A DNA stretch of 64,000 bases, from NCBI GenBank assembly GCA_963662265.2, contig CAXXHA010000008.1, forward strand, positions 32,001 through 96,000, written 5' to 3'. Position 1 is the first letter of the stretch. Every line of letters starts with the position of its first letter. The notes under the pieces were generated by a model that was not told the origin of the DNA, made no database searches, and saw only the letters and a program-made list of their open reading frames with translations. Position numbers and translations under genes: made by a program. Of this stretch, positions 51,566 to 61,997 are shown piece by piece. The stretch is from Spirochaetia bacterium (GTDB taxonomy: Bacteria; Spirochaetota; Spirochaetia; CADAEX01).

Positions 51566-52315
51566 TTATCCGGCATTAAGAGATTCCATAAAGTTTTTTA
51601 CGCTTTCATAAACAGAACAGTCACCGGGGTTGTTGATCCGTTCCACTATTGCAGATCCTACAATCGCGCAGTCAGCATGTTTTTCAAGCATTTTTATCTG
51701 TTCTTTCCCCCGGATCCCGAATCCCGCAAGAATATTGAGGTCTTTTTTCCCTTTATTCCTTATAGTCTCAAGATACTGCCGGTTTGAACTGTCAATCACA
51801 GTCTCTTTTCCTGTTATCCCCTTTCTCATGGCGGCATAGATATAATCAGTCCTGTATGAAAGTATCTTTTCAAGCCTTTCCTCTTTTATTCCCGGTACGA
51901 CAACAGGCACTACAGAAAGGGCTGCTTTATCAGCTTCACTCAAGAGCCCCTCATCGCTGTCAAAAGGGAGGTCAGGAATTATGAATCCTGCAGCTCCTGA
52001 TTTTTTCCCCTTTTCAACGAATTCCCTTATTCCTGATTTATAGGCTATGTTTGCATATGTCATAATAAAGACAGGTATATCACTTGTTTCCTTTATTCTT
52101 TCAATAAGTCTGAATCCCTCTTCAACAGTAAAACCTGCTTCAATAGCATCGTATGATGCTTTTTCAATCACAGGGCCGTCTGCAGATGGATCTGAAAAGG
52201 GGAACTGTATTTCAAGATAGGATGCGCCGCCTGCAATAAGCGCTTCTGCCACTTTAAAAGATGTTTCATTGTCGGGAAAACCTGCTATCATGTGTGTCAT
52301 TATTTTAATACTCAT
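51566..52315 (-). CDS. trpA: Tryptophan synthase alpha chain
   Basis: PFSDPSADGPVI, IIPDLP, GFGI, VGSAIV. Confidence 0.95.
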   Translation of the reverse strand: MSIKIMTHMIAGFPDNETSFKVAEALIAGGASYLEIQFPFSDPSADGPVIEKASYDAIEAGFTVEEGFRLIERIKETSDIPVFIMTYANIAYKSGIREFVEKGKKSGAAGFIIPDLPFDSDEGLLSEADKAALSVVPVVVPGIKEERLEKILSYRTDYIYAAMRKGITGKETVIDSSNRQYLETIRNKGKKDLNILAGFGIRGKEQIKMLEKHADCAIVGSAIVERINNPGDCSVYESVKNFMESLNAG

Positions 52316-52444
52316 ATTTTCAAGTCCTTTAAATTAGTTATGCGAAAATAATACTGATTTATTCTTAACCTGTTATGTCCTGTTATGAAAATTTTATTCA
52401 TATTTCTTCCTCTCTCAACTTCACTTTCCAGGTATTCGATCCAG

Positions 52445-53621
52445 TTATTCTATCAGCTCCATGGCTGATATGAATATATCCTTATCTCCCCTTCCTGACA
52501 TGTTTACAATAACGGCCTCCCCCTTCTTATATTCACCAGCAACTTTCAGTGCAGTTGCAGCTGCATGTGAGGATTCGAGGGCAAAGAGAATTCCCTCGTT
52601 CCGGGCAAATATCTTCAGAGCTTCAAGTACTTCGGAATCCCGCTTTTCATGTATTCTATCCTGCCTGTTTTTCCCAGGTATGCAAGTTCAGGCCCTATCC
52701 CGGGGTAATCGAGGCCGGCCGAGATTGAATGGGACGGGAGTACCTGACCGTCATCATCAAGGAGGAAAAGGCTTTTATATCCCTGTACTATTCCCTCTTT
52801 CCCCTCGCCGCACATCCTGGCAGCATGGTTTCCCCTTCCTTTTCCCCTGCCTCCGGCCTCAACACCTATGAGCCGGGGAGAACCAGTCTTCAGGAAGGGA
52901 TAGAAGAATCCTATCGAGTTGGATCCCCCACCGACACATGCAATCATTGCCTTTATATCAAGGTTTTTCCTTTCAGCCTGCTTCTTTACCTCTTTGCCGA
53001 TTACAGACTGGAATTCCCTGACCATGTCTGGATAGGGGGACGGTCCGAGCGCTGAACCCAGGAGGTAATATGTATCATCTGTGTTCCATGCCCAGTCACG
53101 GAGCGCCTCGTTAACTGCATCCTTGAGTGTCCTTGTCCCGCTCTTTACAGGAACAACTTTTGCCCCGTAGAGTTCCATGTAGTATACATTCGGCCTCTGC
53201 CGTGCAATATCGACTTCACCCATATATACAGTGCATTCAAGCCCGAGCCGTGCGCATATTGAGGCTGTTGCAACTCCATGCTGCCCAGCCCCGGTTTCCG
53301 CAATAATCCTTTTCTTTCCCATTCTCTTTGCAAGAAGCCCCTGTCCGAGTGCGTATTGATCTTGTGTGCGCCTGTATTTGCAAGACCTTCAAGCTTGATA
53401 TATATATCTCCCCCGCCGATCTTCTCGGAAAGATTTTCAGCATACAAGAGGGGTGTTTCCCTGCCGATAAAATCCCTTGAAAGAGATTCAAGTTCCCCGA
53501 TAAAGACAGGGTCGCTTATTGCATCAATGTATGCCTCTTCCAGGCTGTCGAGAGGCCCCCTCAGGATTTCTGCAACATACCTGCCGCCGTAGGAACCGAA
53601 AAAATTATTATATTTATCCAT
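52445..53621 (-). CDS. trpB: Tryptophan synthase beta chain, broken by 2-3 single-base indels (probably sequencing errors)
   Basis: [29 protein letters not shown] and SGRGDKD found in successive frames. Confidence 0.9.
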
Positions 53622-53691
53622 CTCTTACTCCGAATGTTTCGTATAAACAGTATTATCTTACTGCCTGTGAATAATTTTTATTATTCTGCAG

Positions 53692-53904
53692 CTATTCAGC
53701 TGTAATTATCCATTAAATAAACAGTGGAAAATATTCGTTGATTCAATCATTTGAAATCGTTTTTGAATATTCATCTGTTATATGTTCCGTTTCTATTCAG
53801 CTGTAATTATCCTAAAAATAAACAGCTGAAAATATTCGTTGATTCAATCATTTGAAATCATTTATAAATATTCATCTGTTATTTATTCCGTTTCTATTCA
53901 ACTG
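53692..53904. repeat. ~101-bp tandem repeat (2 copies plus a partial third) between trpCF and trpB
   Basis: CTATTCA(G/A)CTG starts at 53692, 53793 and 53894. Confidence 0.85.
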
Positions 53905-54162
53905 AAACTGTTTCTTTATGCTCCTCTCATAAAATAATTTTTATGAGTTTTTTCACCGCATGCCGGATCAAGAAACTTTATTCCTGCCTGCAAGGCACCT
54001 TTACAAGTTTTCCATATCCCGGGCGGGTAAGCCTGCAGAAAAAACTATATTCTGGTATACGACACGTTATTACTTTACAAAAATCCATAATCTTAATCAG
54101 AACAAAATGATGCAACACCAAAACATGATCTCTCAGCAAATCACATGTTTCAGAATTCAAAC

Positions 54163-55614
54163 TCACAGATTCCCTTTCACAGTCCTTATGAAAAGTTTCA
54201 TCTTTCCGTGATCCTTAACACCGGGGGATGATTCAAGGCTGCTTGAAGCATCAATCAGTTCAGGTGAATATTTATCAATAATATCACCGGCATTTTCACA
54301 GGATATTCCCCCTGCAAGCCACAGCCTGTTTCCGGCTTTTTTCCTTACATCATCAAGAATACTCCCGGGGATTGTTCTTCCCGTCCCCCCGTAACTGCCG
54401 GCAGAAAAGCTGTCTGTGAGGATTCTAACGCTTCTGTATCTTGAAGCGTTATCATATTCATCAGCATTGCTGATTCTGATTGCCTTGTAAAAAGGGATAT
54501 CAAGGTTGTTGCAGAAATCAGCTGGTTCATCCCCTGAAAACTGTAAAGCATCAACAAGCCCTTTTTCATAGTATTTTCTTAAAGTTTCCATCATTGAATC
54601 ATCAGGGTTTACAACAACTGCAACTTTTGGAATATCAATCTCTGATATTTCATAAGGAAGAGTGATATCAGCTTTTCTCACTGAAGGGGCAAATACCATC
54701 CCTATCATGTCAGCTCCTGCTGATAATGCGGCCTCTGAGTCTTTTCTGCTTGTTATCCCGCATATCTTGACAAGAGGTCTGGCTTCTCCACTTTCACAAT
54801 TTCTGTGTTTGAATATTCTGTTCCAGAAACAGCGTTCCCTGTCCCTGGTTCTTTTTCCGATACAGTAAAATGCGTCAGTGTAGACAGAAACAAGAGATGG
54901 ATCCTTTATAACTGATTCCCCTGTCAGCATGCCGCTGAATCCTGATGAGAAAGCAAAGAAAGCATCAGACCTGCTTCCTATACCCGATTCATAGACAACT
55001 TCAGCGCCCCAGTCAATCTTATCCTTCAGAATGAGGGGGGAGATCATATCAACAGAAAAATCCTTCAGGTTCCGGGAATTTATCCCGACAAGTTCCGGTT
55101 TGAAACTTCTCACCTTAGATAGATCTTCCTCATCATGGATTTCGACAAGAGGCCTCATCCCCCTCTCAAGAGTAAGGTTATGCATTTTCTCGAGAACTTC
55201 TTTTTCTAGTGCAGATGCAATCAGCAGAAGCGCATCCGCCCCTGAGTTATATGATACTTCTATGTCATTTTCAGAGATGAGAAAATCCTTTCTCAGGACT
55301 GAAATATCAGGATATTTCCTTTTGATTTCATAGAGATAAGAGAGAGAGCCTTCAAAATAATTTTTTTCTGTGATGACGGAAATATTTTTTATCCCCTGCC
55401 TTATATATGATTCTGCAGCCTCAATATGGTTGAAGCTGTCAGTGAAAATTCCTTTCGACGGAGATCTCTTTTTCACTTCAGCTATTACAAAAGGGTCTCT
55501 TCCGAAAGGGATAACCGGGACTTCCCTCTTTTCAGGGGGAATGAAATTTCCTGTATCTGTTCCGGAGGCAATTTCTCCCTTACGCCTTTCAATTATCTCA
55601 TCAATTATTGTCAT
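54163..55614 (-). CDS. trpCF: Bifunctional IGP synthase / PRA isomerase
   Basis: IAEVKKRSPSKG, LRKDF, GINSRNL; then VKICGIT, LAGG, E.SPGVKD. Confidence 0.93.
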   Translation of the reverse strand: MTIIDEIIERRKGEIASGTDTGNFIPPEKREVPVIPFGRDPFVIAEVKKRSPSKGIFTDSFNHIEAAESYIRQGIKNISVITEKNYFEGSLSYLYEIKRKYPDISVLRKDFLISENDIEVSYNSGADALLLIASALEKEVLEKMHNLTLERGMRPLVEIHDEEDLSKVRSFKPELVGINSRNLKDFSVDMISPLILKDKIDWGAEVVYESGIGSRSDAFFAFSSGFSGMLTGESVIKDPSLVSVYTDAFYCIGKRTRDRERCFWNRIFKHRNCESGEARPLVKICGITSRKDSEAALSAGADMIGMVFAPSVRKADITLPYEISEIDIPKVAVVVNPDDSMMETLRKYYEKGLVDALQFSGDEPADFCNNLDIPFYKAIRISNADEYDNASRYRSVRILTDSFSAGSYGGTGRTIPGSILDDVRKKAGNRLWLAGGISCENAGDIIDKYSPELIDASSSLESSPGVKDHGKMKLFIRTVKGNL

Positions 55615-55680
55615 GAAAATATCCCTGTTAATTTAAGATCAGTTTTATAAAACAGATCTCTTAATATTCCGTTGTTTAAA

Positions 55681-55885
55681 TATATAATGTCTTTCACATT
55701 AAGCTCCTGAATCTACTGATCTTTTCAAGGACTTTTCCGCCGCCTGAATATATTAAATCTTTCACGCAAAGCTCCCTGGTTTCCAGACTTTTTCAAGAAC
55801 CTTTTACCGGTGCATAAATATATTTTGTCTTTCACATTGAGCTCCTGAGGCTCTGTACCTTTTCAAGTACTTTTCCGCTGCTTAA
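55681..55885. repeat. ~69-bp degenerate tandem repeat x3; the last copy is the 3' end of trpGD
   Basis: TATA..TCTTTCAC..AGCTCC..TTTTCAAG.AC at ~55681, 55749 and 55819. Confidence 0.75.
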
Positions 55886-57418
55886 GGTATCAGATGAAAT
55901 CCGGTACCCCTCTTCTATGCTACCTGCAAGTCCGTAAAGGTAAAGCGCGGCACCTGCATTAAGGCATACTGAAGTCCTGACTGCCTCGTTTCCTTCCCCT
56001 TTCAGAAGCCTTTCGGCCTCTCTTGCATTGTCAGCAGCGCTCCCCCCTTTCAGCATTTCAACAGGGTATGTTTTTATCCCGCATTTTTCAGGTTCAAATA
56101 CATATACATCCTCTTCGCCGTCCTCAAATATTTTAACTACTCTTGTGGGTGCTGAGACTGATATTTCATCAAGCCCGTCAAATCCGTGAACAACTACCAC
56201 TCTCTTAACGCCAAGCATTTTAGCAGCCTGCGCAATTGTCCTGCACAGCGACCTGTCATAGACACCTATAAGCTGATAGTCTGCTGATGCCGGGTTAACA
56301 AGTGGTCCGAGAAGGTTGAAAATACTCTTTACCCCTAACTTGTTTCTCACCGGTGCTGCATGCTTCATCGCGCTGTGATAATAGGGGGCGAAAAGAAAGG
56401 AAAAACCGCATTTTTCTATCAGATCTTCAGCTGTTTCAGGCTTTATATCAACAGGAAGTCCCAGGGCCCTGTAAAAGTCCGCGCTTCCTGAAAGAGAACT
56501 GACTGCCCTGTTGCCGTGTTTTGCAACCTTTGCACCTGCGGACGCAGCTATGAGTGCCGAAAAGGAGGATATATTGAATGACCCGAGTTCATCACCGCCT
56601 GTACCGACTATATCAAGTATTTTTCCCGAGGATTTGATATTGACTTTCTTCTTCATTAAAACTGATGCGCATCCTGCAATCTCATCTGCGGATGCACCCT
56701 TGGTATTCATTGCAGTCAGAAATCCTGAAATTACAACCTCATTCAGATTGCCTTCTGTAAGCTCCTCCATGAAATCGGCAGCTTCTTCAAAGGTGAGGCT
56801 CTTGTGTTTCATTATAGACTTGAGGATTTCCTTCGGTTTCAGAGACTCTCTCTTGTAATTGAGGAAATTTTTAAGAAGATGATGTCCTGCCTCTGATGCG
56901 ACAGATTCAGGATGGAACTGTACCCCCTCTATCATGTATTTCCTGTGCCTGAGCCCCATAATCTCACCCTCAGATGAAAATGCTGTTATTTCAAGTTCTT
57001 CGGGAAGGGATTCCTTTTCAACAATAAGTGAATGGTACCTTACAACTTCCATTCTGGGGGGAAGGTTTCTGAATACCCCTTTCCCGTCATTTTCAATAAT
57101 ATCAGTCTTGCCGTGGTAGATTTTATCTCCTCTGATAATTTTTCCGCCGAATGCCTGCCCTATGGCCTGGTGTCCGAGGCATATACCAAGGATGGGGTAA
57201 ACACCCTTGTATTTCTGTATGCATTCCACAATTATACCGTTCTCATCAGGTCTTCCCGGGCCGGGTGAAATAATAATACCTTCAGGATTCATTTCCCTGA
57301 TCTCGGAAAGGCTTATCTCGTCATTTCTCTTTACTGTTATTTCTCCCGGTTTGAGTTCAGTCAGGTACTGATAAACGTTATATGTAAAAGAATCATAGTT
57401 GTCTATTAGAAGATACAT
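55832..57418 (-). CDS. trpGD: Anthranilate synthase component II fused to anthranilate phosphoribosyltransferase
   Basis: IDNYDSF, SPGPG, GICLGHQ, QFHPES; then GTGGD, KHGNR, FNLLGPL; GGAGG RBS before the ATG at 57418. Confidence 0.93.
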   Translation of the reverse strand: MYLLIDNYDSFTYNVYQYLTELKPGEITVKRNDEISLSEIREMNPEGIIISPGPGRPDENGIIVECIQKYKGVYPILGICLGHQAIGQAFGGKIIRGDKIYHGKTDIIENDGKGVFRNLPPRMEVVRYHSLIVEKESLPEELEITAFSSEGEIMGLRHRKYMIEGVQFHPESVASEAGHHLLKNFLNYKRESLKPKEILKSIMKHKSLTFEEAADFMEELTEGNLNEVVISGFLTAMNTKGASADEIAGCASVLMKKKVNIKSSGKILDIVGTGGDELGSFNISSFSALIAASAGAKVAKHGNRAVSSLSGSADFYRALGLPVDIKPETAEDLIEKCGFSFLFAPYYHSAMKHAAPVRNKLGVKSIFNLLGPLVNPASADYQLIGVYDRSLCRTIAQAAKMLGVKRVVVVHGFDGLDEISVSAPTRVVKIFEDGEEDVYVFEPEKCGIKTYPVEMLKGGSAADNAREAERLLKGEGNEAVRTSVCLNAGAALYLYGLAGSIEEGYRISSDTLSSGKVLEKVQSLRSSM

Positions 57419-57419
57419 C

Positions 57420-58820
57420 TTAAACCTCCAGCCCTGCGATATGCGCAATTGATCTTAATTTATCCGCTGTTTCCCTGTATTCCTTATCAGGGACTGAATC
57501 ATAAACTATTCCCGCACCTGCCTGGAGGGTTAGAATATCACCTTTTTTCATTCCGCTTCTTATTGTTATGCATGTATTGAGGTTTCCGCCCGGTTCAAGA
57601 TAACCTATAACGCCTGCATAGAATCCCCTCTTTTCCTTTTCAAGCCTGTCAATTATGGAAATAGCCCTTATTTTGGGTGCTCCTGATACTGTACCAGCAG
57701 GAAAAGTGGATTTTAGAGCATCGAGGCAGTCTGTCCCATCATCAAGGCTTCCCTGCACCTCTGAAACTATGTGAATAACATTCCTGTACTTTTCAATTGA
57801 TCTTGAATCTGTAACTCTCACACTCCCTGCCCTGCAAACCCTTCCAAGGTCATTACGCGCAAGATCGACAAGCATCAGGTGCTCGGCAGATTCCTTTTCA
57901 TCGGCCAGGAGTTCCTTTTCGAGTCTGTCATCCTCAGCCTGGTTCTTTCCCCGTTTCCGGGTTCCTGCGATAGGTCTTACAAGAGCTTTACTGTTTTCAA
58001 CTTTCAGGTGAACCTCGGGAGATGATCCGAAAATCTGGAAATCACCGAAATCAAGGTAAACCATGTACGGGGATGGGCTTTCCATCCTGAGTTTCTTGTA
58101 TGCCTTGAACGGGGGAAGATCTGTCTTTATCATTATTTTTCTTGAAAGAACTACCTGAAGGAGGTTTCCTTCTGCAATTTCCCTCTTCCCCTCTTTTACC
58201 ATCTCTATAAACTCATCATACGGAGTCTCATAAACAACTTCAGATTCATAACCGTTTCTGTCCTGCACAAGGTAGTTGAAGTTAAGATCGTTGATTTTAT
58301 TTTCAATTCCTATCACTGCTTTTTCGAGGTCTGTTTCAGCTCCGTTGTAATTCACGCCGACAATATAGATCTGTTCTGTATAGTGGTCATATACAACAAA
58401 AGTATGCCCGAAAATAAACAGAGCCTCAGGAACACCTGTATCATCTTTATTCTCTGAAAAATATATCTTGTCGCAGCAGGATGCAAATTCAAATGAAAAA
58501 TACCCTATTCCCCCTGCAGGGAACGGAAATTCGAGCGCCCTGTGCTGTGATGCGACCGCATTGATCACATCTGTGAAGTTGTCATTAAACTCATCAATAT
58601 CAAAGTCTGCATTTTCCCCTTCCACATACACTTTTCCATTTTCCTGAATAATCCTGAATGCCTCATCAATCATCAGGAGAGAATGGCGGGCCTTCCCCAG
58701 GTTGTAGCTTGATGATTCAAGAACTACTTTTGCTCCCAGTTTCTCTGCCAGTGCGCATGGTGTAAAATTATCTCCAGGGATTATCCTGATGACAAGATCA
58801 TCCCTTTTTTCTGTAATCAT
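57420..58820 (-). CDS. trpE: Anthranilate synthase component I
   Basis: SPSPYM, GSSPE, PIAGT, EHLMLVDLARND, TFPAGTVSGAPK; start taken at MITEK with AGGAG RBS. Confidence 0.93.
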   Translation of the reverse strand: MITEKRDDLVIRIIPGDNFTPCALAEKLGAKVVLESSSYNLGKARHSLLMIDEAFRIIQENGKVYVEGENADFDIDEFNDNFTDVINAVASQHRALEFPFPAGGIGYFSFEFASCCDKIYFSENKDDTGVPEALFIFGHTFVVYDHYTEQIYIVGVNYNGAETDLEKAVIGIENKINDLNFNYLVQDRNGYESEVVYETPYDEFIEMVKEGKREIAEGNLLQVVLSRKIMIKTDLPPFKAYKKLRMESPSPYMVYLDFGDFQIFGSSPEVHLKVENSKALVRPIAGTRKRGKNQAEDDRLEKELLADEKESAEHLMLVDLARNDLGRVCRAGSVRVTDSRSIEKYRNVIHIVSEVQGSLDDGTDCLDALKSTFPAGTVSGAPKIRAISIIDRLEKEKRGFYAGVIGYLEPGGNLNTCITIRSGMKKGDILTLQAGAGIVYDSVPDKEYRETADKLRSIAHIAGLEV

Positions 58821-59076
58821 AATCTCTCCTGTTTCTATACACAGTATCGTTTCTTTAGGTAGAAACTTAACGCGGTACTTGATTTTTGTCAATATTTTTT
58901 CGGAAAATTATTTAAAACCTGACAAAAGAGTTAAAAAACTGATAATTTTATTACATCAAATGCTGTATTCTGATAGAATTCTGATAGGTTTCTGCTAACC
59001 AGGCAGTCTCTGTCTGCCTGTCAGCTTACTGATCAGGTATCAAATTCAAGTCTTAAGAACTGGTACAGGAGGGAAA

Positions 59077-60078
59077 ATGAACAAAATCACAATAAGAAAA
59101 CCTGATGACATGCATATACACCTGAGGCAGGGTGAAAATATGAAAAGCTATGCACAGGCTGCTGAATCTTATTATGCCAGAGCTCTTATAATGCCAAACA
59201 CTGTTCCCCCTGTAAATTCTGCCTCTTCTCTGATTTCATACAGAAATAAAGTCCAGGAAGCAGCTCCTTCTCTCATCCCCCTGATGGCTTTCAAGCTCTA
59301 CAGGGGGATGGGAAAAGAGGATGTTTACAAACTGAAGGAAGCAGGAGCTGTTGCAGGGAAGCTCTACCCTGCAGGAGCCACAACCAATTCAGAGGACGGA
59401 GTTCGAAACTGGAAAGAAATCAGAGATGCGCTTTCGGCCATGAGTGAAGCAGGAATAATGCTTTCTGTACACGGGGAAAAACCTGAATCTTTTTCACTCG
59501 ACAGGGAAAAGGATTATCTCTCAGAGCTTTATGAAATCATGAATAACTTCCCGGATCTTAAAATTGTGTTTGAACATGTATCATCAAGAGAGGGGGTTAA
59601 AGCTGTTCTTGAGGGGGGGGAGAACCTTTCGGCAACAGTCACACCACACCACCTCCTTTACACACTGGATGATCTCCTGGGGGGAATGCTTAATCCGCAT
59701 TTTTTCTGCAAGCCTGTGGTAAAAACCCCTTCAGACAGGGCTGCTGTTCAGGAGGCAGTATTATCAGGAAACAGTAAATTCTTCTTCGGTTCTGACAGCG
59801 CTCCCCATCCTGAAAATGCAAAATTCGGAAAATCAGGAAGCGCAGGTATTTATATAACACATGCATCTCTTCCGCTTCTTGCATCTTTTTTCGAAAAATC
59901 AGGCTGTATGGATATGCTTGAGAATTTCACTTCCCGGTTCGGAGCGGAATTCTACGGTCTTGAGCTTAACAGGGGAACAATAACGCTTGAGATGTCTCCC
60001 TGGAGTGTACCTGAAATTTCAGGGGGATCTGTACCTTTCATGGCAGGTGAAAATCTTGACTGGAAAATTATAAAATAA
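59077..60078 (+). CDS. pyrC: Dihydroorotase
   Basis: PDDMHIHLR, KLYPAGATTNS, FEH, GSDSAPH. Confidence 0.95.
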   Translation: MNKITIRKPDDMHIHLRQGENMKSYAQAAESYYARALIMPNTVPPVNSASSLISYRNKVQEAAPSLIPLMAFKLYRGMGKEDVYKLKEAGAVAGKLYPAGATTNSEDGVRNWKEIRDALSAMSEAGIMLSVHGEKPESFSLDREKDYLSELYEIMNNFPDLKIVFEHVSSREGVKAVLEGGENLSATVTPHHLLYTLDDLLGGMLNPHFFCKPVVKTPSDRAAVQEAVLSGNSKFFFGSDSAPHPENAKFGKSGSAGIYITHASLPLLASFFEKSGCMDMLENFTSRFGAEFYGLELNRGTITLEMSPWSVPEISGGSVPFMAGENLDWKIIK

Positions 60079-60209
60079 CAGTGGTGAGTATTTTCAGAAA
60101 ATAAAGATTGAATGCCCGGAAATTCCTTAATTCTTATAATTGTTTGCAGTACTTAAACATAATCAGGCATCAGCATGGCATGAATTATCAGGAATATACG
60201 GAGAAAATA

Positions 60210-60719
60210 ATGAAAAAATATCTGGTTTTAATGATAATGATACGGACAGTATCCCTCCTCTATTCGGAAGAGACTGAACTTCTGAAAACAGAGGGGAAAA
60301 GCGATAAAAATGTGAGCCTTGATTCAATTGATAAGAAACTTGAAGGGAAAGCTAAACTGGGTCTTTCTCTGGGCACGGTAACAGGAATCACATTCGGTTT
60401 TCAGGCCACAAGAATTATGGAACTGAATGCAGTTGTCGATATTTTCGACCTGGGCGATTTCGCAGGGGGAATGAGCGTACTTTTTGCATTACTGGACCTT
60501 GAAGCAGGCGATGCAGTATTTCCGGTTACAGCAGGGCCGGCTGTAGTTTTTAAAGCAGGAAACAATGAAAAAACAGATATCCTCGGAATAATCAGAATTG
60601 AATATGATTTTACAGATATTCCCTTGAACCTTTACCTTGAGGGGGGGATTGGGCTTAAGATAATACCTGATATAAAGACTGCCGGAGAAGGTGCACTTGG
60701 AGTCAGGTATATATTCTGA
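60210..60719 (+). CDS. Hypothetical exported protein, possibly outer-membrane beta-barrel
   Basis: Signal-like MKKYLVL..; amphipathic strands; terminal GVRYIF. Confidence 0.65.
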   Translation: MKKYLVLMIMIRTVSLLYSEETELLKTEGKSDKNVSLDSIDKKLEGKAKLGLSLGTVTGITFGFQATRIMELNAVVDIFDLGDFAGGMSVLFALLDLEAGDAVFPVTAGPAVVFKAGNNEKTDILGIIRIEYDFTDIPLNLYLEGGIGLKIIPDIKTAGEGALGVRYIF

Positions 60720-61010
60720 CTCCAGGAATTAAAAAACATAAATCTGCTTGAAATAAGAAGGATTATTTCTAAAAGCGGCAACATGACAGGTTGGGATCTC
60801 TACCTGCCTCTTTCAGTGTTGATAGAATACAGCTGAAAATTAAAGAAAAACACCCTGAAGATCTGCTCTGTAGGGTGTTAATCTAGAAATATCATCTGTC
60901 AGATTCTTTGCCAGACCGCTTATACTGCAAGTAATGACAGGGAATCTGAAGATAACAAATGCGGCCATCTGTCTGTCATGACTGGATGCAGCATTTTTTA
61001 TATATGTATT

Positions 61011-61919
61011 CTAAAGAATTCCCAGTGATTTCTTCAGGGAATTGAGAGTATTTTTCATCAGCATTGTGATTGTCATCGGCCCGACCCCGCCCGGTACAGG
61101 GGTAATGGAACCTGCAATCCCGCTTATTTCATCAAAATCAACATCACCCTTGAGAACAGCAATATTTTTACCTGTTTTTTTACTTATTTTTTCACCAATC
61201 CTGTTGACCCCGACATCTATGACACATGCCCCGGGCTTTACCCATTCAGGCTTTACAAGTCCCGGAACACCGGCAGCAACTATAAGTATATCAGCCCTTC
61301 TGCAGTGAACATCCATCTCTTTTGTTCCTGTGTGAACTACAGTTACTGTTGCATTAGCCCTCTCGCCTTTCTGGAGAAGCATGTTTGCAACCGGTTTGCC
61401 CACAACATTTGACCTGCCGACAACAACAACTTCCGCCCCGTTTGTCTCAACACCTGATCTCTTTATCAGCTCGATAATTCCTGCAGGTGTGCAGGGGGGG
61501 AATATAGCTTCTTTACCGCCTACAATGAGCCTCCCCACATTTACCGGGTGAAATCCGTCAACATCCTTTTCAGGATCAATAGCATAGATGATTTTTTTCT
61601 CATCAATATGCTTCGGCAGGGGAAGCTGGACAAGTACTCCGTTGATTGAATCATCATTGTTATACTTATCAATTTCTGCAAGAAGATCTTTCTCTGAAAC
61701 AGTATCCGGAAGGTTAACCTGAACCTCATGAAACCCGAGACTTTCCGCCGTCTTTATTTTAAGTGTCACATAGGAAACTGATGCGGGATTCTCCCCCACG
61801 AGAATAGTCACAAGTCCGGGGATTTTCCCGTATTTCTCTTTTATTGAATCAGTCTCCTCTTTGATTTCCCTGAGGATTTCTTTTCTGATCTCTGTACCAC
61901 TGATTATTTTAGCTGCCAA
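61011..61919 (-). CDS. folD: Methylene-THF dehydrogenase/cyclohydrolase
   Basis: LVQLPLP, KDVDGFHP, PCTP, GRSNVVGKP, TPVPGGVGPMT. Confidence 0.96.
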   Translation of the reverse strand: MAAKIISGTEIRKEILREIKEETDSIKEKYGKIPGLVTILVGENPASVSYVTLKIKTAESLGFHEVQVNLPDTVSEKDLLAEIDKYNNDDSINGVLVQLPLPKHIDEKKIIYAIDPEKDVDGFHPVNVGRLIVGGKEAIFPPCTPAGIIELIKRSGVETNGAEVVVVGRSNVVGKPVANMLLQKGERANATVTVVHTGTKEMDVHCRRADILIVAAGVPGLVKPEWVKPGACVIDVGVNRIGEKISKKTGKNIAVLKGDVDFDEISGIAGSITPVPGGVGPMTITMLMKNTLNSLKKSLGIL

Positions 61920-61951
61920 ATCATCTCCCTGTTTTCATTTCTTTTTATATA

Positions 61952-61983
61952 TTAAAAAAAGCGCCGGATTATATCACGGCGCT
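61952..61983 (-). terminator. Putative intrinsic terminator after panB
   Basis: Minus strand AGCGCCG-loop-CGGCGCT followed by a T run. Confidence 0.55.
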
Positions 61984-61997
61984 ATTATAACATGTTT

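Noticed and set aside
58820-59076. trp attenuator or T-box upstream of trpE
   Set aside because: No Trp-rich leader peptide or T-box motif recognised
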